Source of the DNA: a virus
Lineage: Duplodnaviria; Caudoviricetes
Reading direction: 5' to 3' (one strand)
DNA length: 37,738 nucleotides
Virus record (IMG/VR): IMGVR_UViG_3300032238_001026
Location: 1 to 37,738 of that record
Made by a program: the position numbers and the translations under genes. Shown piece by piece: positions 37,619-37,738 of this stretch (position 1 is its first letter; each line of letters starts with the position of its first letter). Under the pieces are notes generated by a model, which made no database searches, was not told where the DNA came from, and worked only from the letters and a program-made list of their open reading frames with translations.

Positions 37619-37676
37619 AGTATGGCACGGAATCGGGGGGTCTGGGGCAGTTGGTGGACAGTTATGCAACTGGCAC
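37619..37676 (-). promoter_or_regulatory. Early-type promoter element
   Basis: GTGCCAGTT-GCATAA-CTGTCCAC, 29 nt, CATACT. Confidence 0.8.
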
Positions 37677-37738
37677 ATCAGATGCAGATTCTAACAAATC
37701 AGCAGCGACTTCCTCCCCATAAAGTTCTTCGATCTCAC
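37662..37738 (-). CDS. C-terminal fragment of an upstream early ORF
   Basis: ...EIEELYGEEVAADLLESASDVPVA*. The stop lies inside the promoter dyad. Confidence 0.6.
   Translation of the reverse strand, partial: EIEELYGEEVAADLLESASDVPVA

Noticed and set aside
33996-37676. Repeat-spacer pattern interpreted as a CRISPR array
   Set aside because: The repeats are degenerate and the intervening segments are 170-1100 nt and encode ORFs. There are no cas genes. The pattern is explained as promoter cassettes.
37613-37678. N-terminal extensions given by the ORF track (also 34415-34471, 35085-35294, 36463-36483, 33955-33975)
   Set aside because: The extensions run through the promoter, leader or upstream gene, so internal ATGs fit better.

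Overview
This window is a 37.7-kb segment of a T4-like cyanophage (cyanomyovirus) genome, and essentially all genes lie on the - strand. Coordinates 1-31.2 kb are an AT-rich (~30% GC by eye) virion module: gp25, gp6, a 4,262-aa gp7-like wedge initiator, gp8, a 2,475-aa VrlC/DUF4815-like protein, gp13, gp14, gp15, terminase small subunit gp16 and small head-associated ORFs, with T4-type late promoters. Coordinates 31.2-33.5 kb hold small conserved cyanophage ORFs, a glycosyltransferase-like gene, a UUCG terminator and a candidate pseudoknot RNA switch. At ~33.67 kb composition jumps to ~60% GC. From there to the end is an array of ten one-gene or two-gene cassettes, each with its own -10 box. 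Seven of these carry a 23-bp bipartite dyad motif 29 nt (once 30 nt) upstream of the -10, overlapping the 3' end of the previous ORF. The array includes an orphan HicA-like gene and a restriction-endonuclease-like gene whose leaders share an identically positioned CCGTG-N5-CACGG palindrome. Several ORFs under 60 aa that the track missed were translated by hand. Family assignments come from recalled motifs and synteny, not from database searches.
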